Source: Octopus vulgaris
Lineage: Eukaryota
Reading direction: 5' to 3'
Length of the DNA stretch: 64,000 nucleotides
NCBI GenBank assembly: GCA_951406725.2
Contig: OX597823.1
Span: forward strand, 93,620,001 to 93,684,000
A model generated the notes under the pieces. That model saw only the letters and a program-made list of their open reading frames with translations, was not told where the DNA came from and did not search any database. A program made the position numbers and the translations under genes. This document shows positions 14,286 through 26,274 of the stretch, piece after piece. Position 1 is the first letter of the stretch. Each line of letters begins with the position of its first letter.

Positions 14286-14495
14286 ATGTCTGACTAGCAA
14301 GGTGAAGCGGCTGACCTCCCCTGTTCGAAGGTTGAATGGACGCAGGTTCGTGTGTCATATAGCTAGCTAGAGGCGAAGGCCTCTTGGAGCCAATCAGCGA
14401 CAGCTTTACTCTTATATTTAGACTGCTATATTAGTATGGCGATAACTATTAATATCCAGTAACGCTGCAACGTTGCCGTAATCTCCTTTATATAA

Positions 14496-14572
<77 letters not shown>

Positions 14573-17398
14573 ATATGAGAGTGTCTTTGTGTATATATAT
14601 ATATATATGGGCAGTCCATAGTAGGAGACACCTGTCCATGATGCAAGACAGTGAGACTGAAACCGGAACTATGTAGATGGGAAACCAGCTTTTTACCTCA
14701 CACCTATTCTTTATTTTTTAAAAAACACTGCATTATTAAGAAGGGGAGAGATTTTACTGCTATTTCTAGCAAGAGATGCCACCACCGAAGTCTTTTTCTG
14801 CTGATTGGTTCTTTGATACGGCGAAAGTAGCGCGAACCAAGAGTTAGGATTCGTTTCTGTCGATTATGTCAGCGAGACATTTTAACTATTTGTCTTTCTT
14901 TTTCTTATTTCTAGTTCATAAAATATGTAATCCTAATATGCCGAAAATGAATTGAATATAATTGTTTTTTTTTATTTTCTTGCACAAATTTACGATTGAA
15001 GAAGTCAAAAGAAATCTGATTCGAAAAAAAAGAACGTTTTTTTTTTTAATAATTCAACATCTAACTTCGTTACGAATCTAGACGAAAAAGAAACCAATAT
15101 TTCTAGAAGAAATCAATAGCATTAAAATAGTGTAATAAGAGTCGTACAATAAGATGCGAATGTATGTAGATGCTTAGAAGAACATTTTAAAATATATATT
15201 TATTTTATTTCTATTCAATGGAATTTCAATTTTTTTTCAATGCCCATGGTACATCGTCAAGTCTGTTGACACCTCTTACTTTCGTCGTCATCTGAACGTT
15301 CGAACAGAAAGAATCTTGTATTTCTTTTCTACTTTTGTTCAAAGAAATCTATAGAATTTTAATATATGACCGTGTATGTGAAATTAACCGATAACATTGC
15401 TAAGAATATAACAGACAAAGCAATAATAAAGGCCCCGATATTTGATGGTTCCGAAGTGTTACATGTGTTCTCACAATGTATTGTGTTCCTGTCTTTATGT
15501 TTCCTCTCCCTTCTCTCACTCTCTCTCTGCGTCTCTCTTTTTCTCTCTCTTTTTATCTGTCATCTCTCTTTCGTTCTTTTAATCTTTCTTTTCCTGTCTC
15601 ATTTGTCAAAAACACTGAAAGAAAAGCACACACACACAAACACACAAACACTAGCATACACACGCACAAAATAACGCACACGCGTACACACACACCATCA
15701 AACATATACACACATATACATATGTATGAATGTATATACATATGTATAAATATGTATACACACACACACATACACACACACACACACATATATATACATA
15801 TATATAACTCCAAGAAAGTTAGAGCATGTGAATCCAACCAACTAAGGGATAATATCTATCCAATATACTGCTGGTAGAATACCCGATTATTAATACACAA
15901 GTTTATTCTATTGCATTGCAATTACATTACCTAGTGTGCTAAATGGGTGGCGGTAAAGAGATATTTTACCATTAATTTATATAGCATTAAGAAAATGGAG
16001 GGGATCAATAGGTGGTTCATCAACATTTAGACATTATATTATGTCAATTCATTTATTTATTTACTAAACTGACAATTACAATAATATACATATTTGTATA
16101 ACATAAAGGATATAAAATATATTAATATACTAGCATTATGACCCGTCGTTGCCAGCTCATAGTGCTAGTGCATGTATATATGTGTATATATATGTGTACA
16201 TATTACATGTACATCTATATATATACATCTACACATAAAATACAAGATACAAAGTTATATCTTGATATCGCTAGTGATAACAATATTCAAAATATATAAC
16301 AAACTGGAATTGTAGGCCCGTCTCTTGTAATTTCGATTAATTGTATCTTGTCCTCCCTCTTGTATAGAAGCGTGGCTACAATCCAGCCTACCTCTACTTC
16401 TGGGAGGGGGCATTTTAAATTTTTGTCCGGGACGTCCTACTTCCCAGATATAGAGGTAAAAATAAAATATTTCCATTTTACAAGGTTCGAGTCGAGTACT
16501 CCCTTGCACGCTCCGTTGACTCGAACCTTGCTTCTATTGTGGCGAATTTACCGCCTCTGGTTAGATATCTTTCATAGTCGCACCAAAACACTTTTCGATG
16601 GTGCTTTCCTCCAGGTGTTCAAATCTATTTTTTCTCTATATTGTATACTTTATAGACTATAGTCTTTTCTTTAATTTAATTTTTTATTTCGCTTGATGGT
16701 GTTATCCTAGATTCACCGTCTTTGTCGGTGATCAATCCGTATTTCTTCCATTTTAATTTCAATGAGTTCGCGCCCGCCTACGGCTGCAGCGAAATTCATT
16801 TTTGGACTTTCTTTATCGAAGGCATTCTAACGAAAATGCTTCCGTGTAAACGGTGAAAATATTGTCAGTTTCCCCAAACGGGGACACAATTCAATTTTTA
16901 AACAATAACCAAAGCTCCTTCTCCCAGATGGGGAGGGTTACAGCTTACAATCATTTAACAAATGCAACACAACAATGTTTCCTTTACGAGGAACCAACAA
17001 ACGTGATAACAATAGTTAAACAGTAATAATAACAACAAACCTTACGATGAGTCAGAAATCAGTAAGCAGTTGAAGTCCTTTATGTATAAGAAATAAACCA
17101 ACAGGAGCGGCTGTTCGAGAAAACAGATATTACATACAGCCAAACTTCATATAGATACTTAATTCTAGCTAATTAGCAGATAATCTAATGTAGCCGTGGT
17201 AAAGGGTATTGCACACCTCCATCTGGACTATTCCATTTCTGCATGCTAATTTTATTTTTAATTTGTCCCATTCATGTGAAACCACTTGTTCAAGTTCAAG
17301 TCATTGATGCAATTTTATACCAATTGCTATTTTTACTTTTGTTATGTTACGATTATATTATACTTTAGTTTGATTTTAATTATTACTTACTACATATA

Positions 17399-17741
17399 TT
17401 ACGGAGATGTACTCGCATAGCAAGTAATTTGATCTGAGATCGTGTGCTGAAACGAAAACAATTGCAGCCTGGAAGGTGTTTATAAGCCATTTAAGAAACA
17501 CACAAAAGCCGTTCGATTCACTTCAACATTTAAGTTTAATTTGTCAAAATATTTTCGTCGCTAAAATCCGCGACCTGTTCACTGACAAAGTCCGTGCAGC
17601 ACGGACTTTGTCAGTGAACATGTCGCGGATTTTAGCGACGAAAATATTTTGACAAATTAAACTTAAATGTTGAAGTGAATCGAACGGCTTTTGTGTGTTT
17701 CTTAAATGGCTTATAAACACCTTCCACGCTGCAATTGTTGT
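17399..17741. mobile_element. Palindromic Penelope-like/retrozyme insertion with 12-bp TSD
   Basis: 141-bp arms (17457-17597 / 17599-17739, 2 mismatches, 1-nt spacer); flanked by ttactacatata at 17387-17398 and 17742-17753. Confidence 0.85.
17607..17656 (+). ncRNA. Minimal type I hammerhead motif, G3-C8 core variant (mirror copy on minus strand 17540-17589)
   Basis: tttgtca GTGAACA t gtcgc-ggatttta-gcgac GAAA atat TT tgacaaa; 7-bp helix I, 5-bp helix II, palindromic helix III. Confidence 0.7.
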
Positions 17742-17846
17742 TTACTACATATAATTCAATTGTTATTATTATTATTGTTAAAGTGAAAGCATCTGACATA
17801 AAATAGAGAAATGTTTTTGTTTCACTTTTAACGCGTAATACTGAAA

Positions 17847-18135
17847 TAGTGGAGAAGATATGATATTGCTATGGGCTCGCTCTAGGCAAGAAGTTGAACA
17901 TTTTTTTGCCCGTGAAACTACATGGACTCCAAGTAAGGCATGTTGAAAGTTTGAATGAAATTGGTTGTGTAGTTCTCAAGTTTTAGGGAGTCGTAGTGGA
18001 GAAGATATGATATTGCTGTGGGCTCGCCCTACGTAAAAAGTTAAAATTTCTTTTGCAGATTACACTCCCCGGACCCTAAGTAAGGCATGTGTAAATTTGA
18101 ATGAAATTGGTTGTGCAGTTCTCAAGTTTTAGGGA
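17847..18135 (+). repeat. 147-bp tandem duplication
   Basis: tagtggagaagatatgatattgct...ttctcaagttttaggga at 17847 and 17994. Confidence 0.9.
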
Positions 18136-18240
18136 AACAGACAGACAGACTGACAGATACACATTCTCAGTTTTATATATAGAGAGATAAGGATATCAGT
18201 AATTATTACAAAATAACATACATGCATTTAAACTGGGAAA

Positions 18241-18367
18241 ACAACTTACAGCTGTTTCAGCCAAGAGGTAAAAATACCTCATTCTACGATTATTACTCAA
18301 GTACACTGAAGTAATAGGTAGTTGAAATTGAGGTACTTGGGTATTTCTCTCGGATTCCTCAGAGATT
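18241..18367 (-). ncRNA. Hammerhead-like motif with ~95-nt helix II
   Basis: Minus: aatct CTGAGGA atccgagag...gtacctca...tattacttca-gtgtact-tgagtaata...tgaggtat...ctcttggct GAAA cagctg TA agttg; helix I is imperfect. Confidence 0.55.
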
Positions 18368-18448
18368 ATGAAGTACATAATGTTAAGTTATAAATAAATG
18401 TGAATATAAAATAAATAGAAATACACACATATCTAAGTACTTATATAT

Positions 18449-19290
18449 ATAGGGGGAGTAAACTGTCGTTTAAATTACGCTAAAATTAAAATAACGCTGA
18501 CATCCCATTTTACCAGATATATTTACCAAAATTATTTTTAAATATCTTGAAATATTAACAGTAAATTTATTCAGTAAAACCACAGCCTCCAGATGACTTC
18601 GGAATCTCCTGCAACTTTTCTTGGTCTCCTTGTTTAAGTTAGTGAAAGCTGCCATAATCCTTGCCCTCGGATCATCTTTGGTGTTACAAGCGTTGTTGCG
18701 CTCTCGCTCAACTGAGCCCCACACAAAACGATGAAGATGGTTGCAGTCTGGGGATTGAGGAGGCCAAATGTTAGGGGTAGTGTGGTCGCAGAAATTATCT
18801 GACAACCATGACTGGGGTCTCCTGCATGTGTGGTATGGTGCAAAATCCTGCAACCAGACATAGGGTGTTCCAGCAACCACCCTCTTCACACAAGACAGCA
18901 GTACCGCCCCCAGACACTTGATGTAGGCCATGATGTTGAGTCTGTGGTCGTGTGTGAAGATGAATGGAAGCATAACTTCGCCATCGCTAGTGATCACTCC
19001 AAACACCATGGTGTTTCCTGGATGTTTAATTTTCCTTTCTCTCGGTATGTGTCCCCAGATTGATTCTCAAACACACTGAAATGTTTCTATTGGAGATTCT
19101 AGCATGAATGGCAAGCAGTATAGCATGTCGTTTCTAAATTTCCGGCAGAGTAAATTGCACCATGGTGAGGTTATTTCTTACAGACAGTGCCCAACTGACC
19201 CTACTATATTATGTAGTCGATAAAATCAATATCAATGCGCATGCGCGAATAAAAAATATAAAAAGCGCCAATTTACCCATCACTCTCTCT
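18449..19290 (-). mobile_element. maT (DD37D) Tc1/mariner-superfamily transposon remnant, internally deleted
   Basis: ORF 18470-19009 MVFGVITSDGEVM...YVWLQDFAPYHT...WPPQSPDCNHLH.FVWG; 37 residues between the QD aspartate and the mutated third acidic position; TIRs are degenerate. Confidence 0.85.
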
Positions 19291-19381
19291 ATGTATGTAT
19301 ATATATATATATACACATACATAGATATATATTCATATATATATATTTTTTATAAATACACATATATACAGACATATATAA

Positions 19382-19434
<53 letters not shown>

Positions 19435-20874
19435 TTATATATATGTTATCCTATTATCCGTCCTATATTAGCAATTTTTAATCACGTCTAATTACCGACA
19501 ATCTCAGCTCTATTAAATTAATGATATTAAAAAATAATGAAGGAAAAATTGTGAAGCTGATAATTAAACGAAAATTATTAAGAGAGTAAAAGCTTTCGTT
19601 AACTCACTTAGCATCAACTTTCACTGGTTAATTTTTGATTAAGATTAAATGCTGGCGTCTCATTGTGTCATTAGATAGACGACTAGACTAGTGCTAAGAG
19701 AATCGTTTTTGATTATAATTACTTTCGTTCTATTATTCAAATAAAACTGCTCAACTACTATCGAACTATCACTGATTCCTGGACAGAAATATCTCTGATG
19801 TAATGTCTATAGATATTTATTGATATTCCGTGTTTCCTTAATACCGTTTACTCATTGTGGTTAAATATATTGTTACACATCCTTTCAGACTTGATACTCA
19901 TACCTGTTGCTCAGTTTTGTTACCGTGCTTATTACTCAGCATTGATTCTATCAATGGGGTAAACAACCACACATCTCTTACATTACATTGGCTGGTCTCA
20001 GGTAATGAGTGGTTGAATTGATGAATGAATATATGTTTCTTGAGCTGCGTGAAAAAAGTAACTGAACAACATTTAACAAAAGTTTTTATTGCTGCACATA
20101 GAGTCAAACTATGTTGGCTTTTTTGCAAATTACAATAGCAATAATCACATAGTGCGAAAGAGACGCTGCTTGGAACTTACGGCAAGCTTAATGATACAGC
20201 AACATGTGGCTTTCCCAGCATCACAAGAAGTAACAGTGCTACATTCGTGGCAACGGAGATTCTCGCCGTCTACCTGCCATCAGTCTTCCTGGGTCGTCTG
20301 ACATTGAAAAGAATGAGGCACATTGCGCAGCTGTCTCAAACTTCTACTTTTTATAGGGCACAACATTGGTTGCTTAATAAACCCATCATGTGAATCAACG
20401 ATGATTCGATTGTGATACTTCACCTAGCGATGAAGTTTCGAATGAGATAGTGTCAGAGATGTTTAGTTATTAAATGCAGGTTTTTTTAAATTTTGAGGGA
20501 AGACCAAGCATAAAATTCATCGAGGCATCTCCAATATGATCAATCTAACCTCCAAGAAACTGGAAAAAATTTTTTTGAAATATCGTTTCAAGATTTTAGA
20601 TTTCAAAAAAATGACTTTAAATAAAGACATCCTAGTCCTAACATCATTATATGTTCTCTGAACCAATTATTTAGGCACCATGTGCAGGACGCTTATTAAT
20701 CTTAGTCTGTTTGTTCAAAGATGATTTCGGGCTAAACAGCATCAAATGTTTTGGAAATGCCATTGTCAGGCAAACGATTTAATATGAAACTTTGTGTTCA
20801 AATCTAAGGTGCGGAAGATACATATTAACCATTCAAAAACATCCATAAAAAGTGTGACACAGACCCTCTGGATA

Positions 20875-21165
20875 ACAGTGTTCTATATTTAAGAGATGAC
20901 GAATTATGTACATTATTTACATTATTTATATTTGACCAATACTTGTCCTCATCTTGTTTGTTGTTAACGTAGTATTTCGGCTGATATACCCTCCAGGCTT
21001 CATCAGGTGTCTCGAGAAATTTCGAACCTGGGTCCTCATTCCTAAGGTATTTTTCGATGTTATTATTTTTATTACTATTATTCAGGTCTCTGCCTGGAAT
21101 CGAATTCAGAATCTTGAGGTTAATAGTCCGTGCTCTTAACCACTACGCCATATACCCGTGGGCAA
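20875..21165 (-). mobile_element. tRNA-headed SINE-like element with (AAT) tract and 3' hammerhead/Penelope-like tail (family C, copy 1)
   Basis: Minus: A box tggcgtagtgg, B-box-like attcgattcc, AAT-rich tract, then gacac CTGATGA agcctggagggtatatcagcc GAAA (20966-21011), tail aaataatgtaaataatgtacataatt...aaatatagaa. Confidence 0.75.
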
Positions 21166-21927
21166 TTATGGAGTGCATTTTAGGGCTTATAAATCAAATA
21201 TTTTCCTATCCCTCCTTAATACCGGTCGCAGATTGTGTGATGCAAATGTTGACACTGAAAAGTAAGACATTAAGTGAAGTTAACTGTTGTCGGGTTATTG
21301 AATGGCTAAGATGTGCTTTGTACTCTGTAACCACCAGTATGTAACTAAAAGTAATGCTTGGATATTATGTGAAACCAGTCTTCAACATTCCAAGAAAACG
21401 GTATCTACATTCATTGATTTACGTCCATCTATATTGGATATGTTTTTCTCAGATTATACAGTATCCTTCAACAGATTATTTTCTCCACGGGTATGCAAAA
21501 AAATTTGCAGCCATTTTTGTTTCACTGAAACACTGAAAAATACTGGACCTTTCCTTGTCGTATACCTACTGATTAGTTTACGCTTAACATAAGCTAATTA
21601 CTTTTCTAAACCAAACGGATAATAGAAAACGTATGTATGATATCTTCAGAAAAAAATAGCAGGATGGATTATAGATCTGCAGGATTAAAACTAAGCCTGA
21701 GCTAAACCACGAGAAAAACAAGAATTTTAATACAAGACACATTTCTTATATATTACAGTGTATTGTCTTAAATTAATTCTCATTTGTCTCAATTTTTTAG
21801 TCAACTTAAAATAGCTCCGGAATTTTGAAATATCCAGGCCTCAAACCTGTTTTCATATGTTTGCTTTATCTTCTAAAAGCTGGAGCTCTCAAGCGCATAA
21901 ATACAGGTGTTGAAGAAATAAACAATT

Positions 21928-22082
21928 CGGTTATATATTTAAAAGATGAGGAATTATTTACATTATTTCCATTGTTTACATTTGACGGATATTTATCTTC
22001 ATCCTTTTTGATTTTAACACAACGTTTCGGCTGATATATCCTCCGACCTCTTCATCGGGTAATGGGGTAGTGGTTAAGAGGG
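21928..22082 (-). mobile_element. Family C truncated copy with inverted head-like fragment
   Basis: Same tail with GAAACGTTGTGTT at 22016-22028; adjacent plus-strand tggggtagtggttaagag resembles the family C A-box in the opposite orientation. Confidence 0.65.
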
Positions 22083-22084
22083 TT

Positions 22085-22490
22085 TTTAGTCGCATTGATC
22101 GAACTCAGGTTTTATTTATTTTAAAGCCTAGTACTTAGAATATCGGTCTGTCTCTTTTGACAAACCGCAAAGTTGTGGGGATGTAAACAAACCAACAACT
22201 GTTGCCAAGCGGTAGAGGGGGATAAACACAGACACACACACACAGATATATGCATATGCATATGCACACACACATATATATTCGTAGATGGAAACAGAAA
22301 GAAGCATGGAACCCCGTCGTACATAGATATACGACTAGGTTCCTCCTGTTTCCGTCTGCGAATCCTCTGGTTAGGCTTTCGTTGGGTCGAGCAGATAGTA
22401 CAAGGCATTTGCCCAAGGTGCTACGCATTGGGCCTGAGCTCGGAACAATGTAGTTGGAAAGAATCTTCTTACTGCACAATCACGACTGCG
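22085..22490 (-). mobile_element. SINE family A, near full length
   Basis: Head (reverse of ccttgggcaaatg, CORE-like), internal (CA)/(TA) tract, 3' body. Confidence 0.75.
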
Positions 22491-22550
22491 CCCCCCATAA
22501 TGCCATACCTGCACCTCCACAAGACATATAAAATATCATTATAGGAAAAA

Positions 22551-22606
22551 ATATTACAGCTGTTTCTGGGATATCTCTGAGTATGAAATATTCCCTCATC
22601 AGAGAC
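22551..22606 (-). ncRNA. Hammerhead-like motif (canonical core, helix I decayed)
   Basis: Minus: gtct CTGATGA gggaatatttc-atactca-gagatatccc a GAAA cagctg TA atat. Confidence 0.55.
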
Positions 22607-22774
22607 AAATAAGGGAAAACATATGAAAAATGAGAATGGTGTATATTAATAAGATGAAAACATAGAGGAAATCTGCAATGGCTATAACCCTGGAAACCTA
22701 GTAATCCGTTACAGCACTTACCTAGCGTACCTAATCGTTTAGATCACCTGTGAACTACCCCACCCCTATTTTGT

Positions 22775-22886
22775 ATATATATATATATATATGCATATGT
22801 ATGTATATTGTATGTGTGAACATACATATATGCATACATATATTGATACATATATACATATATACATATATATATATATATGTATA

Positions 22887-22937
<51 letters not shown>

Positions 22938-22996
22938 ATATATACATATATATATATGTATATTTATTTATATATATACCTATATATACATATATA

Positions 22997-23062
<66 letters not shown>

Positions 23063-23070
23063 CATACACA
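22775..23070. repeat. Interrupted (AT)n microsatellite
   Basis: Direct reading. Confidence 0.95.
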
Positions 23071-23862
23071 CAAGGTATGCATGTAAGATAAATCCCAGCT
23101 GCGGCTGAAGCTCATCTACTTATTCCATTATGACCATCTAAATATGTAGTCTCAGATGCTCTGTATATTAGTTAAAATATAAATCAAAATTAAGAATTGC
23201 AAATATTATTTGTAGTCTTATTGCATAAGAAAACAGGAAATTGGAAATTTTCTTCAGACGCCTGAACTAAATCATACCAGTATGAGTGTCTGAAGAATTT
23301 CTCATGGGAACTTCCTTACCTGTCTATCTAACATGCGCAATTTTGTAATTCAAATCATCAAATTAAACACGTGTAAATAATACCCCAAAATTTCCAACTT
23401 CCAGTTTGTCATATATATATGTATATATATATATAAATTTATCATATATATATATATAAATTCTTACCCTAGATAATCTTAGAGTCAATGATATCTTCGC
23501 AAATTATTATATATTATATATTATATATAATATATATTATATATTATATATAAAAGAGCGTGTGTGTGTGTGCGTGTTTGTGTATGTGTGTGTATATCTA
23601 TATTTGTATACAAAATCCCACATAAATGTGCATTGCGTATCTATCTCTATATATTTATAAATACATGCATGCATATATATATATAAATATATATGCATAT
23701 ACATACATATACGTACGTATATGGATATATATATATACATATATCTATATATATATATATATTTTCCCTGTAAATTTGGATTTATTCCCTAATATTTTAT
23801 TATATATATATATATATATATTTAGATATACATACATATATATATATGTATATTTATATTTA

Positions 23863-23953
23863 TATCTGTAAATGTAATATGTGACAATTATTCGGTAGCC
23901 ATGATAAAACTCCGAGTTTCGGATGTAATTGTCACATATTACATTTACAGATA
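23863..23953. repeat. 28-bp perfect inverted repeat with 35-bp spacer (Penelope-like inverted end)
   Basis: tatctgtaaatgtaatatgtgacaatta / taattgtcacatattacatttacagata; the spacer on the minus strand contains GAAACTCGGAGTT. Confidence 0.8.
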
Positions 23954-24700
23954 AATTCCTCTATTTACATAATATTGAGGTATCTTTCATTCTTTTGTTG
24001 TGTTAGCATTTTTATCAATATATAAATATATACAGGTTAGTTGACTTAGAAGTTAATATAACCGTCTAAGCATCCATTATCCTACCTATATATTATCTTT
24101 GTTTGACCAAGAGCATAAATATGCAAGCATATTATACTCATAAATTATAGGCAAATAAAGGATAAACATGAGTTTATCAAGAATCAAAATTTAAAGAAAA
24201 CAGAATCTGGAGAAATATTGAACAACAATTGATTTACATCAATTATTATTTATTAATTCAATACAAATAGACTGCATCCCATCTAACATCTGTTTCTGCT
24301 TCCAATTGTTGTATGGTATTGCCAGTGATATGCTAAAAATATTTATCATATTTGGTAAGAAAACCAATCTGAAGAATGGAGTTTCATCAGAGTGAAGAAT
24401 AGAGAAAAAGAAGAGGTTAGAGAAGATAAGGAAAAGTTGAATATGGTTGTAATCCAACCATTTTGCTTGTGTGTCTCTTTGGGAAGGATTAAATTATGCA
24501 CCATAGTTACACATGATACCAATTCTTAGCATATGACCAAATACTTGTACATAAAACCTAGAGGCATGAACCGAAACATATATGTTTTTACTTTTGAGCT
24601 TTACAGCTTATAATTTATTTATAATTTTCATTAAAAAATTCAACGTCATTATATCATACAAATTATCTGTACATCCATAGTTCTCCATTTTCTTTCATTC

Positions 24701-24960
<260 letters not shown>

Positions 24961-24969
24961 ATGCTAGTA

Positions 24970-25331
24970 TAACTGTATCCCACACAGTGCAGTGCTGCAT
25001 CTAGCGTCGCTACACTTACAACTGCACGTGTTCCCCGCTGTTGTGTACTCCAAACAATTTCCCAGACGTGCAAGCCACGTGAATATCCAGCTTTCCCACG
25101 GATACAGTCTGTAATCCGAGCAACAAGATGTCTATGAAACGTAGTTTTGTCGTCATCGTTAACGAATATGTTTAATGATCTATCGTCCGCGTTCCAAGCA
25201 TGAGGAATTTGAACTTCGAATAGTACAGGTGACATGTCCAGCAACATGTCCAGGCTTCTAAAAATCTGGATTATAAGCCTGTTCAGAATTTTATATGTTG
25301 GCTCTCTCGTATATATGTACATAAGTTTCAA
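24970..25331 (-). pseudogene. Truncated SPRY/SOCS-box protein (SPSB/gustavus-like) gene fragment
   Basis: [54 protein letters not shown]...QRGT.AVV.VAT..A.LHCVGY matches the N-terminal SPRY half of SPSB1/4/gustavus; conserved residues are substituted (HPVAQS->HLVARI, GTHAVVG->GTRAVVS) and the frame runs into a microsatellite. Confidence 0.85.
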
Positions 25332-25424
25332 TGAATATTATGTGTGTGGCTGTATTAAATGAAAGAATAGCAACGGCCAAACTTGCCACCTTCAATACTG
25401 CAGTCTTCCCGTTAAAGTATTTTG

Positions 25425-26004
25425 GTCGATAACTGATGATGAATTAGGGTCCTTCTGTGTCTGCCCTATGTTAAGAGTAAGTACATATATATATTTTGCG
25501 ACTCTGTCTTCTTTGTCTCACGTCCTCTTATTCCTTTTCTAGCATCCCGACTTCCTCTCGTTTTCTCGTAATTCTAGACTTTCCCCCTGCCTTCCCTGTT
25601 CGATATCCCGCTCATCCCTTCCCTCGATGTGACATGTGACTAATTTCTCCCCCTCTCTGTCGTCCGCCAGCGGACGCGTAGCTTGCTCCTCAGCGTCTAA
25701 CTCCCCTCTAGCTATTTTTCTTTCTATGTCCATTCACGATTTCTTCCAGGTATTACCCACCATCCCCGTCTGTTCAGCCGAAGGGCCGTATTTATTTCGT
25801 CTTCGCCAATCGCTTCAAATTATATTTGTTAGCCTTCCTACCTCCACTCCGTATTGTTTTGTGTATCCGAGGCCTAATTCTCCGCACATATTTTCGGGTG
25901 CCGCCTATATGCGAAGTTCTCTTATTGTTAAAAGCGTGAAACTGTGTATTAGCATTTCAGTCGATAACTGATGAAGAGTTAGGGCCCTTAAGTGTCTGTC
26001 CTAT
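25425..26004 (+). repeat. Element bounded by ~45-bp direct repeats containing CTGATGA (Penelope-LTR-like)
   Basis: gtcgataactgatga..ga.ttaggg.cctt...gtgtctg.cctat at 25425 and 25960 (period 535). Confidence 0.5.
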
Positions 26005-26195
26005 ATGTGCGTTTTTTAGTATTTGATGCATTTTTCATCAGTTGAGTAAATGAAAGACACGCATACCGACTTTTATTAACAGAGAATTTATATATATATG
26101 TTTTTGTGTATGCGTGTGTTTGTCAGAATGTGAATATATGTATATATGGATATATGTGTATGTGTATGTATTTATGTATATATATTTATAAAATA

Positions 26196-26237
<42 letters not shown>

Positions 26238-26274
26238 TGTATTTATGTATGAATGTATGTGTGTATGTATCTTA

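Larger units (their letters stand above)
13852..14490 (+). repeat. Tandem 352-bp monomer (about 1.8 copies) with hammerhead motif; retrozyme/pLTR-like
   Basis: gacacctgcgggtctgactacgctgcattgataaag starts at 13871 and 14223; the downstream ~250 bp is also duplicated. Confidence 0.9.
16128..18188 (+). mobile_element. Putative Helentron/DINE-1-like (HINE) non-autonomous element with nested insertion
   Basis: 5' tactagcattatgacccgtcgttgcc; 3' aaatttgaatgaaattggttgtgcagttctc...(acag)n...tttatatatagagagat; internal 147-bp tandem duplication. The boundaries and the link between the two ends are inferred. Confidence 0.45.

Noticed and set aside
24552-24590. Possible hammerhead taaaa-cctaga-ggcatgaacc-GAAA-catatatg-TT-ttta
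   Set aside because: Palindromic helix III is present but the core is not CUGANGA-like and helix II is only 2 bp; too decayed to call
25539-25733. Charged 64-aa ORF MDIERKIARGELDAEEQ...
   Set aside because: Reverse strand of a pyrimidine-rich repeat interior; no recognisable family
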